Part shown: one piece after another, positions 1-10,320 of the stretch
How the letters are laid out: every line of letters starts with the position of its first letter
Numbering within the stretch: position 1 is the first letter of the stretch
Assembly: GCF_032444005.1 (NCBI RefSeq)
Contig: NC_091289.1
Span: forward strand, 178,932,001 to 178,996,000
Direction of reading: 5' to 3'
Source: Ranitomeya imitator
Taxonomy: Eukaryota
Length of the DNA stretch: 64,000 nt
Made by a program: the position numbers and the translations under genes
The notes under the pieces: generated by a model
Told to the model about the DNA's origin: nothing
The model's input: the letters and a program-made list of their open reading frames with translations, nothing else
The model's database searches: none

Positions 1-129
1 CACGGCCCACGCAGCGTATAGCACGGCCCACGCAGCGTATAGCACGGCCCACGCAGCGTATAGCACGGCCCACGCAGCGTATAGCACGGCCCACGCAGCG
101 TATAGCACGGCCCACGCAGCGTATAGCAC
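1..129. repeat. 21-bp tandem repeat (CACGGCCCACGCAGCGTATAG)n, about 6 copies, truncated by the window edge
   Basis: The unit is directly visible; the register shifts by 1 base every 20 bases. Confidence 0.95.
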
Positions 130-625
130 AGCCTTAGATAGACAAGAAAGCGGGCACCACTAGTACAGATTAATTATCACACCTGGGGGTGCTACCCTTA
201 CGCCCTTAAGGAGTAAAAGAGGAGCGGGAAAGGCTGCCGTGGACGCCGGAAGGTGAGAATATAATGATTTTTTATTATTATTATTATTATTATTTTTAAC
301 ATTATATGTTTTTACTATTGATGCTGCATAGGCAGCATCAATAGTAAAATGTTGGTCACACTTATAGGGTTAATGGCAGCGTTAAAGGATTGCGTTATGC
401 CGCAGTGTAACGCAGTCTGTTTAACGGACTGCTAAAACGCTATGTGGGCGCTGACTGGAGGGGAGTAGGGAGGGGCCAATTCGCGGCCGGACTGTGCCTG
501 TCGCTGATTGGTCGCGGCCGGCTGGGCGCGCCCAATCAGCGACGCGGGATTTCCGTGACAGACAGACAAACAGAAGGAAGTGGACCTTATACAATTATTT
601 ATTTATATATATATATATATATATC
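1..625 (-). mobile_element. Probable non-autonomous Helitron-like element, 5' portion, carrying the 21-bp array
   Basis: The minus strand begins with a (TA)n tract followed by AATTGTATAAGGTCCACTTCC, and there is an internal tandem array and a small palindrome (TGATGCTGCATAGGCAGCATCA). The class is inferred from this architecture only; the CTRR end would lie outside the window. Confidence 0.3.
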
Positions 626-2127
626 TCTCATACAAAGCAAGCAGACAACACAAGTTCAAGTCCCTGAAAGGAGCTACAATCTATAGAAATCAATTAACAA
701 ATATTAAGATAAAAAATCAAAAAAAGTTTGAAGCATCCCCATTTCTCCCTTTTTTTTAAATAATATAAATATATACATATTTGGTATAGGAAGGATTGGC
801 GCTTTGCCTGAAAATAAAGTAGATCTCTTTGATTCTGATTCCCAGACAAACCCTTAATATAACACCTGTCTATCTTTTTTTTCTTTTTGCTTTATCTGTG
901 CAGGTAGTAATAATTCCGAAGATGAAGATTTTTTTCCACCTCCATCTGTAGGATATCTCTAGATACAAGCTCTGAAAAATCTATTAAAGGGAACTTTTAA
1001 CCCCGAAGTGCGTCCTAATGAGAGGAGCTGCTACAACTTTCTCAGAACAGAAGATTTGGGACATAAAGTGGAGGCAGGGGACTTCCAGGGATTTTTCCAG
1101 ATTTCCTTATCCATCATTGTCCCATTGAAGGATGCTACAGTCAGTCTCTGAGAAACCTGAAATGGCTGATACCAGAGAATGATAGCTTGTATTCAACTGC
1201 ACAACAAATAGACTCTTAAGTTTGGTGTCCCTGGTCTCAGCGCACCGTTTCCAATGGGCATTGTTGCTATCTGTTGTGTATGCGCTGTTTCCTGTCCGAG
1301 GATCAAATGGGATTGTGTGGCGTGTGTACAGTATGGCGGCATAAACTCTTCTAAGGTGGAGTCCTCGGCAATACCTGTCACACGATCCTCCATTTTCTGC
1401 CTGTGTCTCTTATTGAGAAATTCAGAATAATGGGGATCTTTATTAGTAGTGATGCCAAGTCAAGGTGGACAAACGTGGCACAAATGGCACCAAATTTATC
1501 TCAATGATGCAACTCATCGGTCATGTTAGACGCACTTATACCGCCTCATGTACATCTGTCTATGCCGATAATTTCCGTAAGAAGTATGGTGTATCCTGTA
1601 ATTATACAAGTTTCTCTTGAAAGTTTTCAAAACCGTTGAGGTCGGTGTAACACGTCAAAAAGCACATATTAAATTTGGCGCATGACTTTTAAGTTTTTGG
1701 TTTTTTGGAGTTTTTTTTACATGCTTTCTGCTTAGTAAAAGTGTTTAGGTATCCCGCGTATAGGTTGTAGCCACATGAGTGATACGTACTCTGCGCACAA
1801 GACTGTGCATGGCAGATCCAGGAGGATCGCGGTCTTATGATAGACATGTACAATAATCTGTGGCTATAGTACTTTTTTTTTTTACATTGGTGCAAGGTAG
1901 CTGAAAGATGCGCCAAATTCATTTTAAAAAAGCGCATACCTCTTAGTGAATTTTTGGAGCGTTCTTCTCCATAGCCGCGATGAATCAACCTCCGTGAGTT
2001 GAAGGAAAAACAGAAGAAAAAAATTCCCTAAAAAAAATAAAAAAAAGTGGCTGCTCTTTCCCAAAAACAGCCGCACGCCGGTTCACAGGTTGTATCATTT
2101 TATTACAGCCTAGACCCATTCACTCAT

Positions 2128-3307
2128 TTTTCCAAAGCGTTTGATACCGTGCCGCACAAGAGGTTGGTACACAAAATGAGAATGCTTGGTCTGGGGGAAA
2201 ATGTGTGTAAATGGGTTAGTAACTGGCTTAGTGATAGAAAGCAGAGGGTGGTTATAAATGGTATAGTCTCTAACTGGGTCGCTGTGACCAGTGGGGTACC
2301 GCAGGGGTCAGTATTGGGACCTGTTCTCTTCAACATATTCATTAATGATCTGGTAGAAGGTTTACACAGTAAAATATCGATATTTGCAGATGATACAAAA
2401 CTATGTAAAGCAGTTAATACAGGAGAAGATAGTATTCTGCTACAGATGGATCTGGATAAGTTGGAAACTTGGGCTGAAAGGTGGCAGATGAGGTTTAACA
2501 ATGATAAATGTAAGGTTATACACATGGGAAGAAGGAATCAATGTCACCATTACACACTGAACGGGAAACCACTGGGTAAATCTGACAGGGAGAAGGACTT
2601 GGGGATCCTAGTTAATGATAAACTTACCTGGAGCCGCCAGTGCCAGGCAGCAGCTGCCAAGGCAAACAGGATTATGGGGTGCATTAAAAGGGGTCTGGAT
2701 ACACATGATGAGAGCATTATACTGCCTCTGTACAAATCCCTAGTTAGACCGCACATGGAGTACTGTGTCCAGTTTTGGGCACCGGTGCTCAGGAAGGATA
2801 TAATGGAACTAGAGAGAGTACAAAGGAGGGCAACTAAATTAATAAAGGGGATGAGAGAACTACAATACCCAGATAGATTAGCGAAATTAGGATTATTTAG
2901 TCTAGAAAACAGACGACTGAGGGGCGATCTAATAACCATGTATAAGTATATAAGGGGACAATACAAATATCTCGCTGAGGATCTGTTTATACCAAGGAAG
3001 GTGACGGGCACAAGGGGGCATTCTTTGCGTCTGGAGGAGAGAAGGTTTTTCCACCAACATAGAAGAGGATTCTTTACTGTTAGGGCAGTGAGAATCTGGA
3101 ATTGCTTGCCTGAGGAGGTGGTGATGGCGAACTCAGTCGAGGGGTTCAAGAGAGGCCTGGATGTCTTCCTGGAGCAGAACAATATTGTATCATACAATTA
3201 GGTTCTGTAGAAGGACGTAGATCTGGGGATTTATTATGATGGAATATAGGCTGAACTGGATGGACAAATGTCTTTTTTCGGCCTTACTAACTATGTTACT
3301 ATGTTAC
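2128..3307 (+). mobile_element. 5'-truncated CR1-clade LINE: ORF2 reverse transcriptase C-terminal half (2128-3201) plus 3' UTR
   Basis: Motifs [60 protein letters not shown] and ERVQRRATK are typical of CR1 ORF2. The 3' end carries (CTATGTTA)n repeats. The first 27 codons of the ORF-track call are flanking DNA. Confidence 0.93.
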
Positions 3308-4400
3308 TTAATTAGAACCAAACTGCAAAATATTGGCAATAGGTAGTCTGAAATTACAGACATTCCCTAAGGTTTAGTTACAGGGGTTCTCCGCTTTCCC
3401 TTGACAGTAAAAAAGATCATGAAGAGCTCCCTTCTCTTCCGATACTAGGACTAACCAGTGATTTACTGTTGTGTGTGGAACTGTTCAATTTCCATGCAGC
3501 ACCCCCACAGGGGAAATTGGGCGTTACATGAAACCAGTTCATATTTATAGGTTGCCAGGACAGGACCAGTCCTCCAGAACAAGAGATGCTACACTATGGC
3601 CAAAGATGAGAATCAGAAACTAAGGACCCCTCACTGTTAGTTAAGAATTCACAAATTGGGTGTAAGAAAGTGGGTTTTCAAAACTGGAAAACCCACACCC
3701 TCGTCAGCATTACCGGACCGAGCCTCTGATTACAAATGGACTTTTTTTTTCCTAGACTTAAAATGAGGCTCACATACCAAAAAAAAGTAAGGGGCACCCT
3801 ACTACTTAGTGCTGACTGCTGTTAGCCAACCAAACTTATCAAGACCTCAAAAGTTTTTAGTGGATAGCCCCCTTTAAGGCATTTAAGGACGAGTATATCG
3901 CTCTATGGTAGACAGATGTTTGTGGGTGCCGTATGATGCTTTAGGAATAGCAACACCCCCAACCTCCCTTGCAAAACAGCTGACATGGCTGCCGACAGAG
4001 GGGCCCCCCTTGATATCAGCTCGACAGCACTGTCCCATCTACCTGTCCCTGATTTCCAGACTTGCCCCTGGTCCCCCAAATCAAAATCAGGGCTCGTTCA
4101 GACGACGAGTGTCTAATTGGTCCATATGCTGTCCATGGGCGTCACTGACCCATGATTTCCAAAGCATGCACTAGTTTAGTCTGTTTTGATGAATTTACCA
4201 AAAAATTAAATATTCTACAGCACAAATTAAAAAAAAAAATAGAAAAAGTGACTTAAAAAAATTTGAGTAATGACTCCAGGCCTAAATCCCTTGCTTTCCT
4301 TCACACAGCCAAAAAAGTTAACGACTGCAAAATGAGAAAATTGATTTGAAAATTTATATTGCTTTATTTGCCAATATCCATTTCTTTTTTCTACATCTAA

Positions 4401-4667
4401 GGCCTCATTCAGATGTCTGATTTTTGCGTATGAGGGACATTCTATGGGACCATTCCAATTTTGATCGGAAGGCTGAATCAAAATTGGCAAGTCAATGGGT
4501 CCACGAAAAGAATCGGACCACATTCGCATGACATCCAAGGGCTGTCTGATTTTTCACATACTGTCAGAATGGAGACATTTTCTCCACATGCAAGAAAATC
4601 GGATAACAATCGAACCACACTCTGATCAGAATAATCAGTCCAATTTCTTGGACGTCTGAATTAGGCC
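4401..4667. mobile_element. PIF/Harbinger-type MITE
   Basis: TAA | GGCCTCATTCAGA...TCTGAATTAGGCC | TAA: terminal inverted repeats with a 3-bp TAA target duplication. Confidence 0.75.
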
Positions 4668-5350
4668 TAATATGGGGCAATGTAAGCAATTGCTAATGTT
4701 ATTTTCACACACATTGTGTAGGTTCGATATCTGACATTTGTGTGGTTTATATTTAACGGCCTTCGGCTCAACCTCGAATCATGGCCACTTGATAGATGAA
4801 CGATCTGTCGGAAGATCGATCTTGTGCAAGGCCAGATAGGTCCACCAGGGTCTTCTCCGCAGTTCTCTTCGCCTTGATGTCCTTCTACAGTGATTGCACT
4901 CTTCATATGATGTGTCCAAAGTAGGCAAGTCATAGCTTGGTGATCTTTGCTTTGGGGGACATGTCTAGCTTGATCTGTTTGTTCTTCTTGCCATCCATAG
5001 TATTGATGACATCCTTCTCCAGCACCACATTTTGAAGGCGTCGATTCTTTTTGTGTCATTTTTTTATCGTCCAGGTTTTGCATCCATATGTTACCACCGA
5101 TGAGACCAGGGCCGGACTGTCCATCTGGCAATTCTGGCAAATGCCAGAAGGGCCTGTCTGCTCATGGGCTGCCTTGTCTGTTACTTTGATACCAGAATCG
5201 GTGTTCTCAAGACACCCATACTGTTAAGAGTTGTGAAGAAGCACAAAGTTGCTGACTCCGTCACTTACCCCAGCAGGCCACGGGTATCATGTGAAATATT
5301 GGTCTTGTAGTAAGTCTTGCTTTCCTCCATCCAGGGTAATATTAGTAATA

Positions 5351-6962
5351 CAGGTCCTTCTCAAAAAATTAGCATATAGTGTTAAATTTCATTATTTACC
5401 ATAATGTAATGATTACAATTAAACTTTCATATATTATAGATTCATTATCCACCAACTGAAATTTGTCAGGTCTTTTATTGTTTTAATACTGATGATTTTG
5501 GCATACAACTCCTGATAACCCAAAAAACCTGTCTCAATAAATTATCATATCAAGAAAAGGTTCTCTAAACGACCTATTACCCTAATCTTCTGAATCAACT
5601 AATTAACTCTAAACACATGCAAAAGATACCTGAGGCTTTTATAAACTCCCTGCCTGGTTCATTACTCAAAACCCCCATCATGGGTAAGACTAGCGACCTG
5701 ACAGATGTCAAGAAGGCCATCATTGACACCCTCAAGCAAGAGGGTAAGACCCAGAAAGAAATTTCTCAACAAATAGGCTGTTCCCAGAGTGCTGTATCAA
5801 GGCACCTCAATGGTAAGTCTGTTGGAAGGAAACAATGTGGCAGAAAACGCTGTACAACGAGAAGAGGAGACCGGACCCTGAGGAAGATTGTGGAGAAGGA
5901 CCGATTCCAGACCTTGGGGAACCTGAGGAAGCAGTGGACTGAGTCTGGTGTGGAAACATCCAGAGCCACCGTGCACAGGCGTGTGCAGGAAATGGGCTAC
6001 AGGTGCCGCATTCCCCAGGTAAAGCCACTTTTGAACCATAAACAGCGGCAGAGGCGCCTGACCTGGGCTACAGAGAAGCAGCACTGGACTGTTGCTAAGT
6101 GGTCCCAAGTACTTTTTTCTGATGAAAGCAAATTTTGCATGTCATTCGGAAATCAAGGTGCCAGAGTCTGGAGGAAGACTGGGGAGAAGGAAATGCCAAA
6201 ATGCCTGAAGTCCAGTGTCAAGTACCCACAGTCAGTGATGGTGTGGGGTGCCATGTCAGCTGCTGGTGTTGGTCCACTGTGTTTCATCAAGGGCAGGGTC
6301 AATGCAGCTAGCTATCAGGAGATTTTGGAGCACTTCATGCTTCCATCGGCTGAAATGCTTTATGGAGATGAAGATTTCATTTTTCAGCACGACCTGGCAC
6401 CTGCTCACAGTGCCAAAACCACTGGTAAATGGTTTACTGACCATGGTATTACTGTGCTCAATTGGCCTGCCAACTCTCCTGACCTGAACCCCATAGAGAA
6501 TCTGTGGGATATTGTGAAGAGAAAGTTGAGAGACGCAAGACCCAACACTCTGGATGAGCTTAAGGCCGCTATTGAAGCATCCTGGGCCTCCATAACATCT
6601 CAGCAGTGTCACAGGCTGATTGCCTCCATGCCACGCCGCATTGAAGCAGTCATTTCTGCCAAAGGATTCCCGACCAAGTATTGAGTGCATAACTGAACAT
6701 TATTATTTGATGGTTTTTTTGTTTGTTATTAAAAAACACTTTTATTTGATTGGATGGGTGAAATATGGTAATTTATTGAGACAGGTTTTTTGGGTTATCA
6801 GGAGTTGTATGCCAAAATCATCAGTATTAAAACAATAAAAGACGTGACAAATTTCAGTTGGTGGATAATGAATCTATAATATATGAAAGTTTAATTGTAA
6901 TCATTACATTATGGTAAATAATGAAATTTAACACTATATGCTAATTTTTTGAGAAGGACCTG
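5351..6962 (+). mobile_element. Full-length Tc1/mariner DNA transposon of IR/DR type, 1612 bp
   Basis: 200-bp TIRs (5351-5550 and 6763-6962) differ at only 2 positions by my manual comparison. TA is duplicated on both sides. Each TIR has an outer and an inner direct repeat (CTTCTCAAAAAATTAGCATA / CTGTCTCAATAAATTATCATA). The transposase ORF is intact. Confidence 0.97.
5680..6684 (+). CDS. Tc1-family DD34E transposase, uninterrupted, 334 aa (MGKTSDL...)
   Basis: N-terminal HTH (ISQQIGCSQSAVSRHL), GRKR motif, and the catalytic motifs FSDESKF, FQHDLAPAH and SPDLNPIENLW with exactly 34 residues between the second D and the E. The in-frame ATG at 5617 is less likely because Tc1 transposases usually start MGK. 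Confidence 0.93.
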   Translation: MGKTSDLTDVKKAIIDTLKQEGKTQKEISQQIGCSQSAVSRHLNGKSVGRKQCGRKRCTTRRGDRTLRKIVEKDRFQTLGNLRKQWTESGVETSRATVHRRVQEMGYRCRIPQVKPLLNHKQRQRRLTWATEKQHWTVAKWSQVLFSDESKFCMSFGNQGARVWRKTGEKEMPKCLKSSVKYPQSVMVWGAMSAAGVGPLCFIKGRVNAASYQEILEHFMLPSAEMLYGDEDFIFQHDLAPAHSAKTTGKWFTDHGITVLNWPANSPDLNPIENLWDIVKRKLRDARPNTLDELKAAIEASWASITSQQCHRLIASMPRRIEAVISAKGFPTKY

Positions 6963-7135
6963 TATATCTCCATCTGGTGCTCTGGGGCGGGGACACCATG
7001 GGTCTGTGTGATTTCAAATGCCAGGGCTGAATTTCAGCCCCAGTCCGTGCCTGGATGAGACCAAACTATGTATGAGCCGTGCCTTCATCACCAGTGAATT
7101 GTGTACTGAGCATGTTAATTCCACCATCCTGTAGT

Positions 7136-7150
7136 CACCACTAGGGGGCG
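7136..7150 (+). promoter_or_regulatory. CTCF-like motif (CACCACTAGGGGGCG)
   Basis: Close match to the CTCF core consensus. It may be repeat-derived, and function is unknown. Confidence 0.25.
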
Positions 7151-8536
7151 TTCGCTTCCCACAAATTTAGAGTGAGGTCCTACAAAGCAGCCAAAAATCT
7201 TCATGCTCCTATAAGTCAACGCGGTTTTACAAATGGCTTGTGGTTTTAACATTAAGAATCAGCAAGTATTTTCCATGTCATTTTTAACAATCCATATGGA
7301 AACCCCGTGACCTTCAGGACTCTGGAGGCTTTCGGTGGAACCACATCCACGTGGCTTTTTGGTACATGAATCTTTTGTCTCAAACTATGGCTGTACACCG
7401 ATAACAGACGCAGTTTAGACAAGCGTATGCAAAATCGTCTACTTTTCATCCAGAAAGAAAAATACACGGACTATTTTTTTATTTACATGCAAGCCACATC
7501 AACACAATGGAATCTGCTTGTGAAAAAAAAAAAACATTGCAGCATGCACTAGTTCCCTTCGTAAAGTGGATGAGACTCGCCCGTATAAGTCTATGGTTGT
7601 GAAAAAGAAATCGGATGCCATATGGAGCTGCAGGATAGCGTCCAATATTTAGAGCTGCATTGCAATTCTGTAATATAGGAAACTAAATGATTAATGGCTG
7701 ATGCTGTAAAAAGGTTGTACATTAATGACCAGTGAGAAAAAAGTCGTCCCACTTTTCTGGATGAAACTCTGAACCATTTTTTATACACTCGTTGTCTGAA
7801 GCTACTCTTAACGGCTCGCACTCATCAGCGTAAAAATGAATCGCACCGATGTTGTTCCTGAAAAGTAGGACGAGTTTCGGGTCAGAAAAAAAAAATCGGA
7901 TTGTACTATCAAATAGCATCCGTATGACATCCATAGACAATGCATTTTTAACATTAGATTTGACATACTGTCATTCTCTGTCATTTAAAGCTAGTTTTCC
8001 AACTGATAAAGCAATCTTATATATAGAAATAGATAGAAGAAGATAGATGTCCTGTAGATATTTAATGTGACAAACCCTACATATAATAAAGGGTGCTAGT
8101 TATTGCCTTTCATGCGGCACTAAAGGATGTTTAACCTTTTAAAATATATTTTTTTTTTTTACAAAAAATGGCGTAGGATCCCCCTTATTTGTATTACCTA
8201 GCTGAGGGAAACCAGACAGCTGTGGGCTGGTGTTATTATTTTGCGAAGGGGCCATTATCTATTTATCTTCCCAAATTATTAATAACGGTTCTCAGCTGTC
8301 TGTGTAGCTTTTACTGGTTATGAAAAAGGGGGACCCTCCCAAAAAATGACATGAGGTCTTCCCTATTTTCAATAGTAAAGCATGACACTGCTGGATAAAG
8401 TGTTCACGTAGGGTCCAAAATTTTTAATAACCAGCAAAGGTTAAGCAGACAGCTGCTCGCTGATATTAATAGGCTGGGAAGGCCCCCAGTTACCCTAGAA
8501 ATGGCACATCCTTTATACGTGCCATTCTGGCGCTTA

Positions 8537-8707
8537 GGGCTCATACTCTCCTGCGAGAAACTCAGATGAGTCTCGCACGTCAATACCCGGCACTCAGATC
8601 AGATCGTGCGGCCACATAGGAATACATGCAGCCGCACACTCCGCTCCTGAGTGCCGGGTATTGACGTGCGAGACTCGTCCTAGTTTCTCGCAGATGAGTA
8701 TGAGCCT
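8537..8707. mobile_element. Short palindromic Harbinger-type MITE
   Basis: TTA | GGGCTCATACTC...GAGTATGAGCC(T), with internal arms GAGTCTCGCACGTCAATACCCGGCACTCAG and its reverse complement. Confidence 0.7.
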
Positions 8708-9481
8708 TTCGCCACAGCTCTTCCCATTTGCACTCATACATTTTCAAGTGGAGTTTTGGGTTTGATGTCAGCAGTTTTAGGTCCGCTGACATCCAGCCCA
8801 GATGTTAGTAATGGAGAGGGGTCTATAAGACACCCCCCATTACCAACCTTGTAAGTTTTTAAGCATTCATTAAAATCTAAATAAATATAAAAAAACAAAG
8901 TAATCCTTACCTGTCCGCAGATAATCAATAAAGATGATGTCTCACGATGAACCCTAGCTCTGCTACATTCGGGTGGTGTCTTGAGCGGTGACATGATGCG
9001 ACCACTCATCATGCCAGCCAGAACACACAGTAGCGTGAGAACGTGCCTGCAGTGACAAGCGGTGACATAAGTAAGATGACCGGAGTTCAGCGGTTATGAG
9101 TATGAACCCTAATACTGAGATAGCAATACATAAAAACTGTAATACTAAGGCAAAGTTCACACACACTGCAAGTTCACACAGTCTGTGTGGAGAAAAGTGC
9201 AGCATGAGATAGATGAGACGTCTCCATAGAGGCCAATTTCAACTGTCCATATGGCACCTATTTTAAATGAATCTATTAAAAAGATTATTAGGCCTTTTAT
9301 TTTATTAATTTCTTTATTTCATTGTGGATGTAAGAAATGGATGTTAAACCCAGATATCTGGAATTAAAAATATATTTTTATAGATGAAAAACAGCCAATT
9401 CTCCATACACTCATATGAACTTATCCTTAAAAAACCCTATTCATATTTGAGATCAACATATTTCTACAAAACTGCAGTATA

Positions 9482-9586
9482 AAGGTGACCGCTGTCACGC
9501 ATAACGATTTCATTAACGATATCGTTGCTACGTCACAAAAAGCAACGATATCGTAAACGATATCGTTATGTGTGACGGTACCTTTA
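9482..9586. mobile_element. Internally deleted Harbinger MITE of the AGGTACCGTCACAC family
   Basis: Ends in GTGTGACGGTACCT followed by TTA, and has the AACGATATCGTT motifs shared with the copies at 14665 and 37126. Confidence 0.6.
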
Positions 9587-9960
9587 GCCATTAAAAGGTA
9601 TCAATCACTGAGGACTCTCACGTCTCAATAATTATCTATCTACTGGCTAACACGGTACAAAGATATGTATCTTTCCTGAAACTTTTAGGGAAGTTCAAAA
9701 TGAGGAATCATCCAGAAACCCAAAACTCCACTGATAAAAGTAAAAGCAACAAAAAAAACACAGCGAACACATGAAATACACTTTTAAAAAAAACACAAAT
9801 TAATAGAAGAATTAGGTGCAAATTAAAAATAGGCAAAAATACCCCAAAAACTAGCAAAGAAAAGGTGAAAAATACAGTAAGGAATCAGGCTCTATGGCTT
9901 TTCAGAGGAAAAACACAGTTGGAAGTGCGGCTCGGGAGGAGGCGACTTGTCTTAGATTTA

Positions 9961-10320
9961 GTCTATGTGCACACGATGCGGATTTTGCTGCGGATCCGCA
10001 GCATTTCCACAGCTGCGGGTCTGCAGCGGTTTCCCATGAGTTTACAGTACAATGTAAACCTATGGGAAATGAAAACCGCAGTGCACATGCTGCGGGGAAA
10101 AACACGTGGAAACGCAGCGGTTTTCATTCCGCAGGATGTCAATACTTTGTGCGGATTCCGCTGCGGGTTTACATCTGCTCCAATAGAAAACTGCAGGTGT
10201 AAACCCGCAGTAGAAACCGCGATAAATCCGCAGTAAAAAACGCAGTGGTTTTGAACTGTGGTTTTTCAAAATCTGCTGTGGAAAAATCCGCAGTCCTCCA
10301 GGATACGTGTGCACATACCC
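9961..10320. mobile_element. Harbinger-type MITE of the GG(C/G)TATGTGCACAC family
   Basis: TTA | GTCTATGTGCACACG...CGTGTGCACATACCC | TTA, with internal TGCGGA/TCCGCA motifs. Confidence 0.8.

Larger units (their letters stand above)
5107..7053. mobile_element. hAT-type MITE (about 330 bp on its own) interrupted by a Tc1 insertion
   Basis: Ends are CAGGGCCGGACTG...CAGTCCGTGCCTG, with a perfect 8-bp TSD GATGAGAC at 5099-5106 and 7054-7061. Confidence 0.85.
4755..7090 (-). mobile_element. Decayed RTE-clade LINE 3' fragment (about 4755-5106 and 7062-7090), split by a hAT MITE
   Basis: The rejoined minus-strand translation MKARLIHSLVSSVVTYGCKTWTIKK/KRIDAFKMWCWRRMSSILWMARRTN...LAYFGHI matches the RTE/BovB-type C-terminal signature YGCESWT...RIDAFELWCWRR...YFGH. 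It contains stops and frameshifts. Confidence 0.75.

Noticed and set aside
1193-1440. Minus-strand frame DPHYSEFLNKRHRQKMEDRVTG... and a plus-strand CPIEGC zinc-finger-like word
   Set aside because: The frames are short and interrupted by stops, and I could not assign them to any family.
2124-6838. Antisense and alternate-frame ORFs over the CR1 and Tc1 (e.g. 2550-3197, 6256-6690)
   Set aside because: These are shadow frames of genuine transposon coding sequence.
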